A DNA stretch of 56,325 nt from a virus (Duplodnaviria; Caudoviricetes), in IMG/VR virus record IMGVR_UViG_3300044233_001555, positions 1 through 56,325 of that record; one strand, written 5' to 3'. Below, piece after piece: positions 28,383 through 36,313 of this stretch. The translations under genes and the position numbers were made by a program. How positions within the stretch are numbered: the first letter of the stretch is position 1; every line of letters starts with the position of its first letter. The notes beneath the pieces are model-generated. The model ran no database searches and was not told where the DNA came from. It worked only from the letters and a program-made list of their open reading frames with translations.

Positions 28383-28397
28383 TGTTAATAATTAACA
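28383..28397. promoter_or_regulatory. 15-bp palindrome, copy 2
   Basis: TGTTAATAATTAACA immediately upstream of an RBS. Confidence 0.8.
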
Positions 28398-28399
28398 TT

Positions 28400-28420
28400 G
28401 GGGGGAGCGAACCCCCCCCC
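28400..28420 (-). terminator. GC-rich UUCG-loop hairpin (terminator-like or stabilising)
   Basis: G-run, TTCG loop and CTCCCCC after the stop of the DUF932-like gene; lacks a U-tract. Confidence 0.45.
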
Positions 28421-28433
28421 TCTGTTAGGTTGG

Positions 28434-29543
28434 TTACGCCGCTAGTGCGACTCGTTTCCACTCGCGTGGATTCAGATTGATGATGTTACCACCTAACTCC
28501 TGTAAATCTGTGGCTCTATCATAGTCTTCCGACTTGTGTGCAATGTTGGTGATGGCGTTGGCGAAACCCCAACGTGAGTAGTCACCGTCCTCAAGCAGTG
28601 AACGCTTGGCTTGCTTGACTTCGGACTCACTCAGGCTGAACTTCTTGCCCACACTTTCGATTGCATCTTCAGGCTCAATACTAGGATCAAGTTCATCCTG
28701 TGCTGATGCATTGAACTTAGCAACAGTAGCCTTGAACTTGTCTTCGTTTACACAATCCAACACATGATCCCGCAGTTGCTTGGTGAGCGTCTGCTTCATT
28801 GAGATTATTGTGTCAGATTGGTAGTCCAGTTCACCACGTGCATTGGCTGAACCAACGTGACGGCGACGAGTACCTGCTTCATCGACTGTCATACCGTTGA
28901 GACATGCAAGCCTGTAGATGAACTGCTTGACAATAATAGAGCCGTGTCCTGTCTCACTGTTACTGATGATGATCCCGCACTCTACGATGTCATTGACTTG
29001 CTTAGACCTAACCTGTAACTGCATGTTAGGAAAGACAATTTTCATGTAGAGTTTGTCATCAGTCAGACCAGTGGAGATGAACTTCAACTCCTGCTTGTCG
29101 GCTATCTGATGCAACACTGGCGCAACACCGTCCATGAGATCAACGTAGTCAAACGTCAGGAACGAGCGTGAGTGTGCGGAACGAAACACATTCTCAAAAC
29201 TATCTCGTCCAGAACCATTGTCATACGTGCGGAACAAGCGATCCGTAGCCTTCTCGACAGGAGAGTGAAGCAACTGGTTGAAGTTGGTATCAACCAAATC
29301 ATCCATACCTCTTGCTTGCAGTTTCTCTATGTACTGAGAAGGAATGCCAAGGTGCGTACCAAGTTGACGTCTGGCGTTGTTACTAAAGACACCATCATAG
29401 TTGGTGTTGCCGTCAGACAGCATGATATTAGCACCTCCGTTGAACACAGTTGCTTGAGTAGTAGGCGCAATGAAATCACGCTTACGCTCTGCATCTACAC
29501 GGACACGTTGGGCCAGTTCTTCAATAGTGTACTCATTTTGCAT
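28434..29543 (-). CDS. DUF932-family protein
   Basis: 'GIIISNSETGHGS...RLACLNGM' signature. Confidence 0.78.
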   Translation of the reverse strand: MQNEYTIEELAQRVRVDAERKRDFIAPTTQATVFNGGANIMLSDGNTNYDGVFSNNARRQLGTHLGIPSQYIEKLQARGMDDLVDTNFNQLLHSPVEKATDRLFRTYDNGSGRDSFENVFRSAHSRSFLTFDYVDLMDGVAPVLHQIADKQELKFISTGLTDDKLYMKIVFPNMQLQVRSKQVNDIVECGIIISNSETGHGSIIVKQFIYRLACLNGMTVDEAGTRRRHVGSANARGELDYQSDTIISMKQTLTKQLRDHVLDCVNEDKFKATVAKFNASAQDELDPSIEPEDAIESVGKKFSLSESEVKQAKRSLLEDGDYSRWGFANAITNIAHKSEDYDRATDLQELGGNIINLNPREWKRVALAA

Positions 29544-29573
29544 AATAGTTTTACCTATGTAAAAGATTGCTGA

Positions 29574-29588
29574 TGTTAATAATTAACA
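29574..29588. promoter_or_regulatory. 15-bp palindrome, copy 3
   Basis: TGTTAATAATTAACA about 30 bp upstream of the DUF932-like gene. Confidence 0.8.
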
Positions 29589-29597
29589 ACAGGGTGC

Positions 29598-29648
29598 AAC
29601 ACTGCACCTCGATGCCCACCCAGAGGATGAGCATCAGGGTTAAGTGTC
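29598..29648 (-). other. Long intergenic RNA hairpin (RNase III site-like)
   Basis: Minus strand GACACT..TGATGCTCATCC-TCT-GGGTGGGCATCG..AGTGTT; the 12-bp upper stem needs G-U pairs. Confidence 0.6.
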
Positions 29649-29871
29649 AGGCTACATAAGGATAGTGCCACCAGTCTTCAGGAAGGAAACTAACCTCCCA
29701 ACCAGTGGACACCTCGTTGATGTCACACCACCTGAGATTGAGGCAGTATTCCTCTGCTTGATAATGGCGAGAGAATACAACACGAATCTTGAAAACTCCT
29801 TCAATATCTTTGCCACACCTGATTGATTGGAAGTTTTCTGGTTCATACTTAGAAAGTCCTTCAAAGGTCAT
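29647..29871 (-). CDS. Hypothetical protein
   Basis: AGGAG RBS directly after palindrome copy 4. Confidence 0.65.
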   Translation of the reverse strand: MTFEGLSKYEPENFQSIRCGKDIEGVFKIRVVFSRHYQAEEYCLNLRWCDINEVSTGWEVSFLPEDWWHYPYVA

Positions 29872-29881
29872 AACAATCTCC

Positions 29882-29896
29882 TGTTAATAATTAACA
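29882..29896. promoter_or_regulatory. 15-bp palindrome, copy 4
   Basis: TGTTAATAATTAACA abutting the stop codon at 29897 and the next RBS. Confidence 0.8.
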
Positions 29897-30397
29897 TCAA
29901 GACAACAGCACAACAGCAGTGATAAGAAGTGACAGGGTAGTCACAGTGAATAAAGCGCACCCGGCGATAAACAACAGCCAGTGTTTAGGGCCAAGTACAC
30001 GGCGCAACTCCAACAGTCCGAACAGTTTCATTGGTTTCTCCTTGAGAATGTAGGTCTTACCAGAGTACTCCTCTGTGATGGTTACATCTTCGGGTTTTAA
30101 TCCTCGACGTACATCAATGCGGAGGGCGCAGTCATCAGGATCATTCCAACGTGGCTCGCTGTGGTACACAGAGAACTGCCAACGGTCTGCACCGTTAAGG
30201 TCTGACAAACCATCTCTGTATGCGACCCATTCAACCTCTGCGTTACTCATGCTAAAGGCTTGTTGGAACTTAGGTTGAGAGGATAACATATCCCACATTT
30301 TAATACCTACTCTGGTGGGGATGTCATCATCATCGTCCTCAAGATCGTTCATCTTTGTGAACCAATAATGGTACTGCTCGTTAAGGTCTATAGGCAT
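29897..30397 (-). CDS. Hypothetical protein with a C-terminal transmembrane segment
   Basis: GAGG RBS; hydrophobic C-terminus WLLFIAGCALFTVTTLSLLITAVVLLS. Confidence 0.65.
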   Translation of the reverse strand: MPIDLNEQYHYWFTKMNDLEDDDDDIPTRVGIKMWDMLSSQPKFQQAFSMSNAEVEWVAYRDGLSDLNGADRWQFSVYHSEPRWNDPDDCALRIDVRRGLKPEDVTITEEYSGKTYILKEKPMKLFGLLELRRVLGPKHWLLFIAGCALFTVTTLSLLITAVVLLS

Positions 30398-30413
30398 AAT
30401 GTTGTTCCTCGTT

Positions 30414-30428
30414 TGTTAAAAATTAACA
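30414..30428. promoter_or_regulatory. 15-bp palindrome, copy 5 (TGTTAAAAATTAACA)
   Basis: One central variant base; lies between a stop and an RBS. Confidence 0.78.
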
Positions 30429-30429
30429 G

Positions 30430-30618
30430 TTAAGCAATCCAGATCGCATCCAAGATCAACTCATGGGGCGAACATGGGTACAGCACACAGGTTAGAGCCG
30501 ATCCAGTCAGCATAATGATAGACGCAGATATGCAAACTGCGCTCAGTACAGCAACAGCAGTAGCCCAACGTGAGTTAGGCAATAAGTACCGAATGGTACG
30601 AAAGATTTCATAGTTCAT
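30430..30618 (-). CDS. Small membrane protein
   Basis: AGGA RBS; long hydrophobic stretch. Confidence 0.6.
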   Translation of the reverse strand: MNYEIFRTIRYLLPNSRWATAVAVLSAVCISASIIMLTGSALTCVLYPCSPHELILDAIWIA

Positions 30619-30631
30619 TGTTTGTATCCTA

Positions 30632-30646
30632 TGTTAAAAATTAACA
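30632..30646. promoter_or_regulatory. 15-bp palindrome, copy 6 (TGTTAAAAATTAACA)
   Basis: Immediately upstream of the RBS of 30618. Confidence 0.78.
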
Positions 30647-30654
30647 GATGATGC

Positions 30655-30706
30655 AGGACGCATCGCAATAGGGGCCAGTACATGCGCCCCCATTAGGTTG
30701 AGTCCT
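30655..30706 (-). other. Long intergenic RNA hairpin (RNase III site-like)
   Basis: Minus strand AGGAC..TAATGGGGGC..GCCCCTATTG..GTCCT with an internal loop and G-U pairs. Confidence 0.55.
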
Positions 30707-30947
30707 AATCTTTTGGTCTAATCTCTTTCAACTTGCTGTAACGTGGTGCAGATGATGGCTCGCCCTCGCCAAGCCTGTAGCCCATATCACAAGCATTGTT
30801 CTTAGCCTTGTTAAGGTAGGTACGTGCTATTAACATCGCTGTCTCGGCCTCATCAATATCATCTTGAGATGGGTCAGAAAGGAGCCGATGCAGGGCTACC
30901 TCAAGGTATTGTGAAACATAGTCCAAATTGTCAAGTATGTTGTGCAT
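30705..30947 (-). CDS. Hypothetical protein
   Basis: GGAG RBS after palindrome copy 7. Confidence 0.65.
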   Translation of the reverse strand: MHNILDNLDYVSQYLEVALHRLLSDPSQDDIDEAETAMLIARTYLNKAKNNACDMGYRLGEGEPSSAPRYSKLKEIRPKD

Positions 30948-30963
30948 AATGCAAACTCCGATT

Positions 30964-30978
30964 TGTTAATAATTAACA
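30964..30978. promoter_or_regulatory. 15-bp palindrome, copy 7
   Basis: TGTTAATAATTAACA upstream of an RBS. Confidence 0.8.
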
Positions 30979-30989
30979 GCATGTAGTGC

Positions 30990-31045
30990 TAGTCAGCACT
31001 GTGATACGCCCCCCATGCAGGCGGGGCGCATACCACTGATGACTA
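30990..31045 (-). other. Long intergenic RNA hairpin (RNase III site-like)
   Basis: Minus strand TAGTCA..GTGGTATGCGCCCC..GGGGCGTATCAC..TGACTA. Confidence 0.55.
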
Positions 31046-31564
31046 ACTGTACTTAGAGTTGAGCGCATCAATCAACTTGTCGCGCTCTTTCTTGGTCATC
31101 TTTTCCACTCTTTTAAGCATAGAATCGGCAGTAGGACGATTAACAGCACCGCCTTTACTCCCGCCCTTTGAAGGGACATGGGAGCCGACTCTGATCTTAC
31201 CGGCTAGAATGCCCTCGATGTTGGATTCGATGATCTCAGTGTCAAACTCCCACTCGCCTGATTCCAACTTGTACAGTCCGGGCTGACCAGTAGGAAGACC
31301 ATTGTCATAGCCATTCATAACAGACTGCCACGTTTGTACAAGAGTGCCACGCGAAACCTTGCCACCACCCTTTGCAACGTCCTTTTCGATAACGTCTGTC
31401 ACTGCTTTCTGGATACCGCCCTGAGGGGTAAGGATAGACGCTACGTCCTTACGCTTCTCGAGCAGTACGCTAACAAGAATGCTAGACATACGCCTCTGCA
31501 AGGTTACGCAGGCATTTGAGAATTGACCGACTGATGTAATGTACTTCTTGGAATTGAATTGCAT
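31043..31564 (-). CDS. Hypothetical protein, first gene of the early block
   Basis: Likely start MQFNS at 31564 with an AGGAG RBS. Confidence 0.65.
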   Translation of the reverse strand: MQFNSKKYITSVGQFSNACVTLQRRMSSILVSVLLEKRKDVASILTPQGGIQKAVTDVIEKDVAKGGGKVSRGTLVQTWQSVMNGYDNGLPTGQPGLYKLESGEWEFDTEIIESNIEGILAGKIRVGSHVPSKGGSKGGAVNRPTADSMLKRVEKMTKKERDKLIDALNSKYS

Positions 31565-31640
31565 AGTAATGCTACTCCTAGTGTCCGACTTGCACACATA
31601 TATTTAATTGCGCTTGTCGAGGGTTCAATGATTTACGCCG

Positions 31641-31655
31641 TGTTAATAATTAACA
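31641..31655. promoter_or_regulatory. 15-bp palindrome, copy 8
   Basis: TGTTAATAATTAACA about 77 bp upstream of the first early gene. Confidence 0.8.
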
Positions 31656-31921
31656 GACGCGAGGCAGGGCCGATACGCTCCAAACCCTGTACATATATTA
31701 TATAAACGGCGCAGGGACCCCTAGCGAGAACCGCGAACAAACCGCCTTTTTGACGCACCGCTACCCGCCCCCGTACAACAGCAAAAAACACACACACCCA
31801 CACACATCCTACTTTTAGGGTACTTTTTTGGGCAGGGACTATACTTTGGTGCTAAAAATTACGGGGTTGTATGGGACAGGGCTGTAAATTTTTGGGGTTT
31901 TGAAATTTTTGGGACATATCA

Positions 31922-31948
31922 GGGGGGTTGACAGGTATGATATAATAT
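31922..31948 (+). promoter_or_regulatory. 27-bp promoter-like element, copy 2; putative late promoter
   Basis: GGGGGGTTGACAGGTATGATATAATAT, upstream of the RBS and ATG at 31975 that start the long + strand operon. Confidence 0.65.
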
Positions 31949-31974
31949 ACTAAAAAGATTATTTGGAGATTAAC

Positions 31975-32544
31975 ATGGCTATTGGAGGACACCCTGACTT
32001 TGGAATAGGCGATTCAGCATTACAAGGTTCAGCAGGTACAGGAATGGAAAGTGCATTTGGTGGGGCCGCTATTGGAATTCCCGGTGGCGCACCTGCTGGG
32101 CAAAACGAAATGGCTTCTTTCTTAGATATGATGAGTCAACAGTACGGAACTGAGTCCGTTAAAAATTTTGTTGACAATTATCTTAATAGAAAATTAATAG
32201 ATGCAGAGATTATAGCAAGGGGAGGCTTTATGCCCGGAGCGCCCGGAGGTAGAAGGGCTTTTGGTGGAATGCCTTCTAGTTCTGCACAGTCATTTGGAAT
32301 ACAGGATAACCCTGTTTTTGGAATGGAAAATTTTGAAGGACAAACTTCTATGGTAGATATGGGGGTTCCTTCCGGTGCAATGGCTAATCCCTCTCCTGCT
32401 CAACCAACACTTGAAATGGATGGAAGGCTAACTCCTGCTCAACTTGCTGAGTTAGATAAACTTATGCAAGTCACTGCTGACCCTAATGACTACAAAGAAG
32501 GGAATATTCCCCGAAGACCTTTTGCTCCGGGTGAAGGCGTCTAA
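31975..32544 (+). CDS. Hypothetical Gly/Met/Pro-rich protein
   Basis: ATG at 31975 with a GGAG RBS; TAATG coupling to terS. Confidence 0.6.
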   Translation: MAIGGHPDFGIGDSALQGSAGTGMESAFGGAAIGIPGGAPAGQNEMASFLDMMSQQYGTESVKNFVDNYLNRKLIDAEIIARGGFMPGAPGGRRAFGGMPSSSAQSFGIQDNPVFGMENFEGQTSMVDMGVPSGAMANPSPAQPTLEMDGRLTPAQLAELDKLMQVTADPNDYKEGNIPRRPFAPGEGV

Positions 32545-32990
32545 TGAACAATAAACCTAGCAATAATAATAAGTTTGTAAAACTTTGGACTCCGCAAATG
32601 AAGCGGAGAGTAGAGATTCTTTTCTACAATGGCGCTTCTATTGTAGAGGTATGCCGCGAGATCGGTATTGTAAAAAGGACATTCTACAACTGGATGGAAG
32701 CCTATCCAGATTTTAAGGAAGTTGTGGATCATGGAATGATTGCCGCTGAATCTTGGTGGATTGAGAAAGGCCGAGAGAACGTTGATAACCGTAAGTTTAA
32801 TCACGCTCTCTGGCTACTGATGATGGTTAACCGATTCAAGTGGCATTCTGCTTATGCTAAGAAAGAAGAGAAAAAAGAGATCATTAACGAGCATAAGGTT
32901 GAAGTAAAAAATGCTGTAGACATAGATTCAATTTTACAGAAATCTATCCAATCCGGTATAGATCAAATAGAAAAGGAAAAGGTGCATTAA
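32544..32990 (+). CDS. terS: Terminase small subunit
   Basis: HTH 'GASIVEVCREIGIVKRTFYNWMEAYPDF' and 'AESWW..G...FN..LW...M.NRFKW'; upstream of terL. Confidence 0.72.
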   Translation: MNNKPSNNNKFVKLWTPQMKRRVEILFYNGASIVEVCREIGIVKRTFYNWMEAYPDFKEVVDHGMIAAESWWIEKGRENVDNRKFNHALWLLMMVNRFKWHSAYAKKEEKKEIINEHKVEVKNAVDIDSILQKSIQSGIDQIEKEKVH

Positions 32991-32991
32991 A

Positions 32992-33120
32992 ATGCCAAGC
33001 GTAGGAAAAAAGAAATTCCCTTACACTGCAAAAGGTAAAAAAATGGCGATGGCTGAAGCCAAGAAAACTGGCAAGAAAATGAAGCCCATGAAAAAAATGA
33101 AGCCTAAAAGAGGGTACTAA
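32992..33120 (+). CDS. Small Lys-rich protein (42 aa, not in the ORF track)
   Basis: Hand translation MPSVGKKKFPYTAKGKKMAMAEAKKTGKKMKPMKKMKPKRGY; fills the gap exactly. Confidence 0.65.
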   Translation: MPSVGKKKFPYTAKGKKMAMAEAKKTGKKMKPMKKMKPKRGY

Positions 33121-33122
33121 AG

Positions 33123-33944
33123 TTGTTAGATGATGGCGATCCAAGTGTAAACGGCGCTAACCAAAACGGTTCTAACCAAGGTAGCAAAACAGGCGGCGGC
33201 AAAAAAGGTGAGGGTGATCCTGTTGCTCCGGGTGCTTCAAGTTCTTCAGGAAACTTAGGAGATGCAATTGGAGCGTTAGGTAACTTAATTGGAAAACAAG
33301 ATGATCCTAGCAAAGGATTGTTAGGACTGCTTTCTGGTTTAGTTAATAAAGATACACCAGTATCTAAATCTATAACACGCGCCGAGCAAGAGCGAGCAAT
33401 GGACGATGCATTTGCAATTGGCGCAAAAAGACCTGATCCGAATATAGCAAAACAAAATGCGTTTCACAATGCCTTTATTACTGAAGCAGAAAAAATTAGA
33501 ACCAAACTAAAAGACCCAAAACTTTCTCTTGCTGAAAAAGCAAAACTAACAAAAAATTTAAGAAACATTACACGTTCTGATCAATACTCTAAAGCAATGG
33601 CAATAAACAATCCGGGGCTTCAGTTTGGAGCAAGATTGATGGGAAGCCTTGTTAGTCCAGTATTAGGGGTTGCTCAGTCTGTAGACAATGCTTTGACTAG
33701 CATGGGATTTGTAGACGATACAACTCCTCAAGATGTTATGAACATGGATCAACAAGATGTAGCAGGTTCTCCAGATTTGCCTATATTTAATGCAGAAGAA
33801 CAAGAACAAAGTGTTAGTGTTTTAATGGGTGTTGTTAGAAAAAATCCTGAAATTTTTAAAACAATAAGCAAAGAAGAGTTAAAAAATTTACTTAGAAACC
33901 CGATAAAATTTTGGGAATTTTATAACAAGGCTAAAGAAGGTTAA
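33123..33944 (+). CDS. Hypothetical protein
   Basis: 273-aa ORF on the operon strand; TTG start. Confidence 0.6.
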   Translation: MLDDGDPSVNGANQNGSNQGSKTGGGKKGEGDPVAPGASSSSGNLGDAIGALGNLIGKQDDPSKGLLGLLSGLVNKDTPVSKSITRAEQERAMDDAFAIGAKRPDPNIAKQNAFHNAFITEAEKIRTKLKDPKLSLAEKAKLTKNLRNITRSDQYSKAMAINNPGLQFGARLMGSLVSPVLGVAQSVDNALTSMGFVDDTTPQDVMNMDQQDVAGSPDLPIFNAEEQEQSVSVLMGVVRKNPEIFKTISKEELKNLLRNPIKFWEFYNKAKEG

Positions 33945-33952
33945 TAATTATT

Positions 33953-34456
33953 ATGGCTTATAATCCTTATAATAGAGAACTTCTTTCTAGTTTTGGTTCC
34001 CAAATGAACAATATTTATGGGTTACCCACTACTGTTGCTCCCTTGCCTCAAACAACTGTTGCTCCAATGCTTCCTTCGCTTGAATACAGTTTTCCAGTGA
34101 CTGGTAACATGCCTAATAGGCCTATTCACCCAGAAGTCGATGTTGCTCCGTTGCCGCAAGTACAACCATTGCCTCCTCAGGTATTTATTGATCCTCCTTC
34201 TAGTGTACCTATTAACTACAATCCTCCTGCTATGCCACATCCCCCACCAATAGTGCAAACTGTAGGAGGTACTCCACCACCTTTTGCTCCGCAAATGCCT
34301 AATAGAACTATTGACCCAGAAATTGTAGCAAGGGGAGGAGCGCCAACTAGAAGACCAAAACCGAATACAAGACCAACTCCTGTTGCTAATACAATGGCTC
34401 CTTCAACGCCTCGTCCTGTAAAACGACCATCGTACTCCGGTTTTTATCAACGTTAA
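33953..34456 (+). CDS. Proline-rich low-complexity protein
   Basis: Internal VAPLPQ and MPNR repeats. Confidence 0.55.
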   Translation: MAYNPYNRELLSSFGSQMNNIYGLPTTVAPLPQTTVAPMLPSLEYSFPVTGNMPNRPIHPEVDVAPLPQVQPLPPQVFIDPPSSVPINYNPPAMPHPPPIVQTVGGTPPPFAPQMPNRTIDPEIVARGGAPTRRPKPNTRPTPVANTMAPSTPRPVKRPSYSGFYQR

Positions 34457-34478
34457 TTAAGAAAATAGATTAATTAAT

Positions 34479-36143
34479 ATGCTAGTGCATATAAATAAAA
34501 ATGTTTTAAAAGATGACAAAAACGCTGAAGCGGCGCTTAAATTAGCAGAATGGGCAAGAACAGCAGACTATAATTCAGCAGTCAAAGCGTATGCTGATTG
34601 CCATCGTGACCCTAATATTGATGATTCTTTTATTCGCACTCTTGCTCAATGCGATAGATTTTATCTTGGTGTTTTTATTTGTAATCGCCACGACATGTTG
34701 CATCCTTGGATATACGAAAGATGCAGAGAAGTAGAATTTAAAAAAGATAATCATCTAGACTTATGGGCTAGGTTTCATTACAAGTCTACAATAATAACTT
34801 TTTTAGGATGTGTTCAAGAAATACTTTGTGATCCTGACATTACTATAGGAATACTTTCTTACTCTGCTAGGCAGGCAAAGCCTTTCCTTAGACAGATAAT
34901 GCAGGAGTTTGAGTCTAACGAAAAGTTAAAAGAATTATTTCCAGATATTCTTTGGAGTAATCCTAAACACCAAGCACCTAAGTGGGCTGAAAACGAAGGT
35001 TTGTGTGTAAATCGTTTTGCTAATCCAAAAGAACAAACAGTAGAAGCGCATGGATTAGTTGACGGTCAACCTACAGGTAGGCACTTTTCTTTAATAGTCT
35101 ACGATGATGTTGTGGTGCAGGAGTCTATTACTACTCCAGAACAAATTAAAAAGACAACTACACAATGGGAGTTGTCTTTGAACCTTGGGTCTACACATAA
35201 TCCAAGATATCAATATGCGGGAACTAGGTACGCATACGGGGACACCTATGGGACAATACTACAAAGAGCCGCAGTCAAACCTAGAATACATCCCGCAACT
35301 TATAATGGTCAGATGGATGGAGAGCCTGTTTTTTTACAAAAAGAAAGATGGGAAGAAATTAAAAAAACAACGTCCACGTACACCGTAGCATGTCAACAAC
35401 TTCTTAATCCTATTATTGGAAGTGATGTTTCTTTTAAACAAGAGTGGTGGACAGAATGGGAGATTAGACCATACACGTTAAACGTGTACATAATGGTTGA
35501 TCCTGCTCACTCTAAGAAAAAAGAATCTAACAGAACAGCGTTTGCTGTAGTAGGAGTAGATGGAAACTTTAACAAGTATTTGTTAGATGGTGCTTGCCAC
35601 AGAATGAGTCTTTCTGAAAAATGGCAAATGCTAAAAAGGTTAAGAGCCAAGTGGAAGAGAGCGCCGGGAGTAAGGGAAGTAAAGGTAGGATACGAAAGAT
35701 ACGGCGCTCAAAGTGACATTGAACACTTTAAAGCAATGATGTCTACTGATGGAAGTAACTTTCCTATATACGAGTTAAACTGGGTTGGAGGAGGAGGTTC
35801 TCAATCCAAAAGAGATAGGATACAAAGACTAGAGCCTGACTTAAAAGATGGTTCTTTGTTTTTTCCGTATCCTACTGATGAAAAAATGTTAACTTCGTAC
35901 CAGAGAGATTTTAAAGATCGCAATCAATCTTTTCTTATATCAAAAAAAATAATTTGTATTGATGAAGAAAGAAAGACTTACGACTTAACTAAGTGGGTAA
36001 AAGATAATGAATACAACCTTTTTCCTACAATACATCCTGATTTTTTAGATGCTTTGTCTAGAATTTACGATATGGATGCAATGCCTCCTAGAAGCAATAA
36101 CAGAGGAAGAAGTCTTGAGCCGCCAAGAGAGGCTAGATACTAA
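34479..36143 (+). CDS. terL: Terminase large subunit
   Basis: Walker A variant ARFHYKST, Walker B IVYDD, GTRY coupling motif, nuclease VDPA and HPDFLDAL. Confidence 0.9.
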   Translation: MLVHINKNVLKDDKNAEAALKLAEWARTADYNSAVKAYADCHRDPNIDDSFIRTLAQCDRFYLGVFICNRHDMLHPWIYERCREVEFKKDNHLDLWARFHYKSTIITFLGCVQEILCDPDITIGILSYSARQAKPFLRQIMQEFESNEKLKELFPDILWSNPKHQAPKWAENEGLCVNRFANPKEQTVEAHGLVDGQPTGRHFSLIVYDDVVVQESITTPEQIKKTTTQWELSLNLGSTHNPRYQYAGTRYAYGDTYGTILQRAAVKPRIHPATYNGQMDGEPVFLQKERWEEIKKTTSTYTVACQQLLNPIIGSDVSFKQEWWTEWEIRPYTLNVYIMVDPAHSKKKESNRTAFAVVGVDGNFNKYLLDGACHRMSLSEKWQMLKRLRAKWKRAPGVREVKVGYERYGAQSDIEHFKAMMSTDGSNFPIYELNWVGGGGSQSKRDRIQRLEPDLKDGSLFFPYPTDEKMLTSYQRDFKDRNQSFLISKKIICIDEERKTYDLTKWVKDNEYNLFPTIHPDFLDALSRIYDMDAMPPRSNNRGRSLEPPREARY

Positions 36144-36313
36144 TGCCTAGAAGAAGAATAGTTGGTAAAAGAAACTACCCTTTTAGAAGGGTTGCTTATC
36201 GAATGTCAAACGGAAGGGACTTTTACGAAAAACAACCACGTAAATTTCCCTATGGGGTTACCCCTTATTTTCAAAATTTTTATATCGCTGAAGGATACGT
36301 AGCAGATGGTTAA
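36143..36313 (+). CDS. Small basic hypothetical protein (56 aa, not in the ORF track)
   Basis: TAATG coupling to terL; MPRRRIVGKRNYPFRRVAYRMSNGRDFYEK... Confidence 0.55.
   Translation: MPRRRIVGKRNYPFRRVAYRMSNGRDFYEKQPRKFPYGVTPYFQNFYIAEGYVADG

Noticed and set aside
31036-31042. CTGATGA as a hammerhead ribozyme core
   Set aside because: It is on the non-transcribed strand, with no correctly placed GAAA or stems.
26879-31655. Palindrome array as a CRISPR array or integron attC cassette array
   Set aside because: Spacing is hundreds of bases to 1.5 kb with whole genes between copies; no cas or integrase gene is seen; the order is GTT...AAC, the reverse of attC (RYYYAAC...GTTRRRY).
33940-33950. 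Partial palindrome GTTAATAATTA, and similar AT-rich words near 34452-34478
   Set aside because: Lacks the outer TG/ACA arms; expected by chance in AT-rich spacers.
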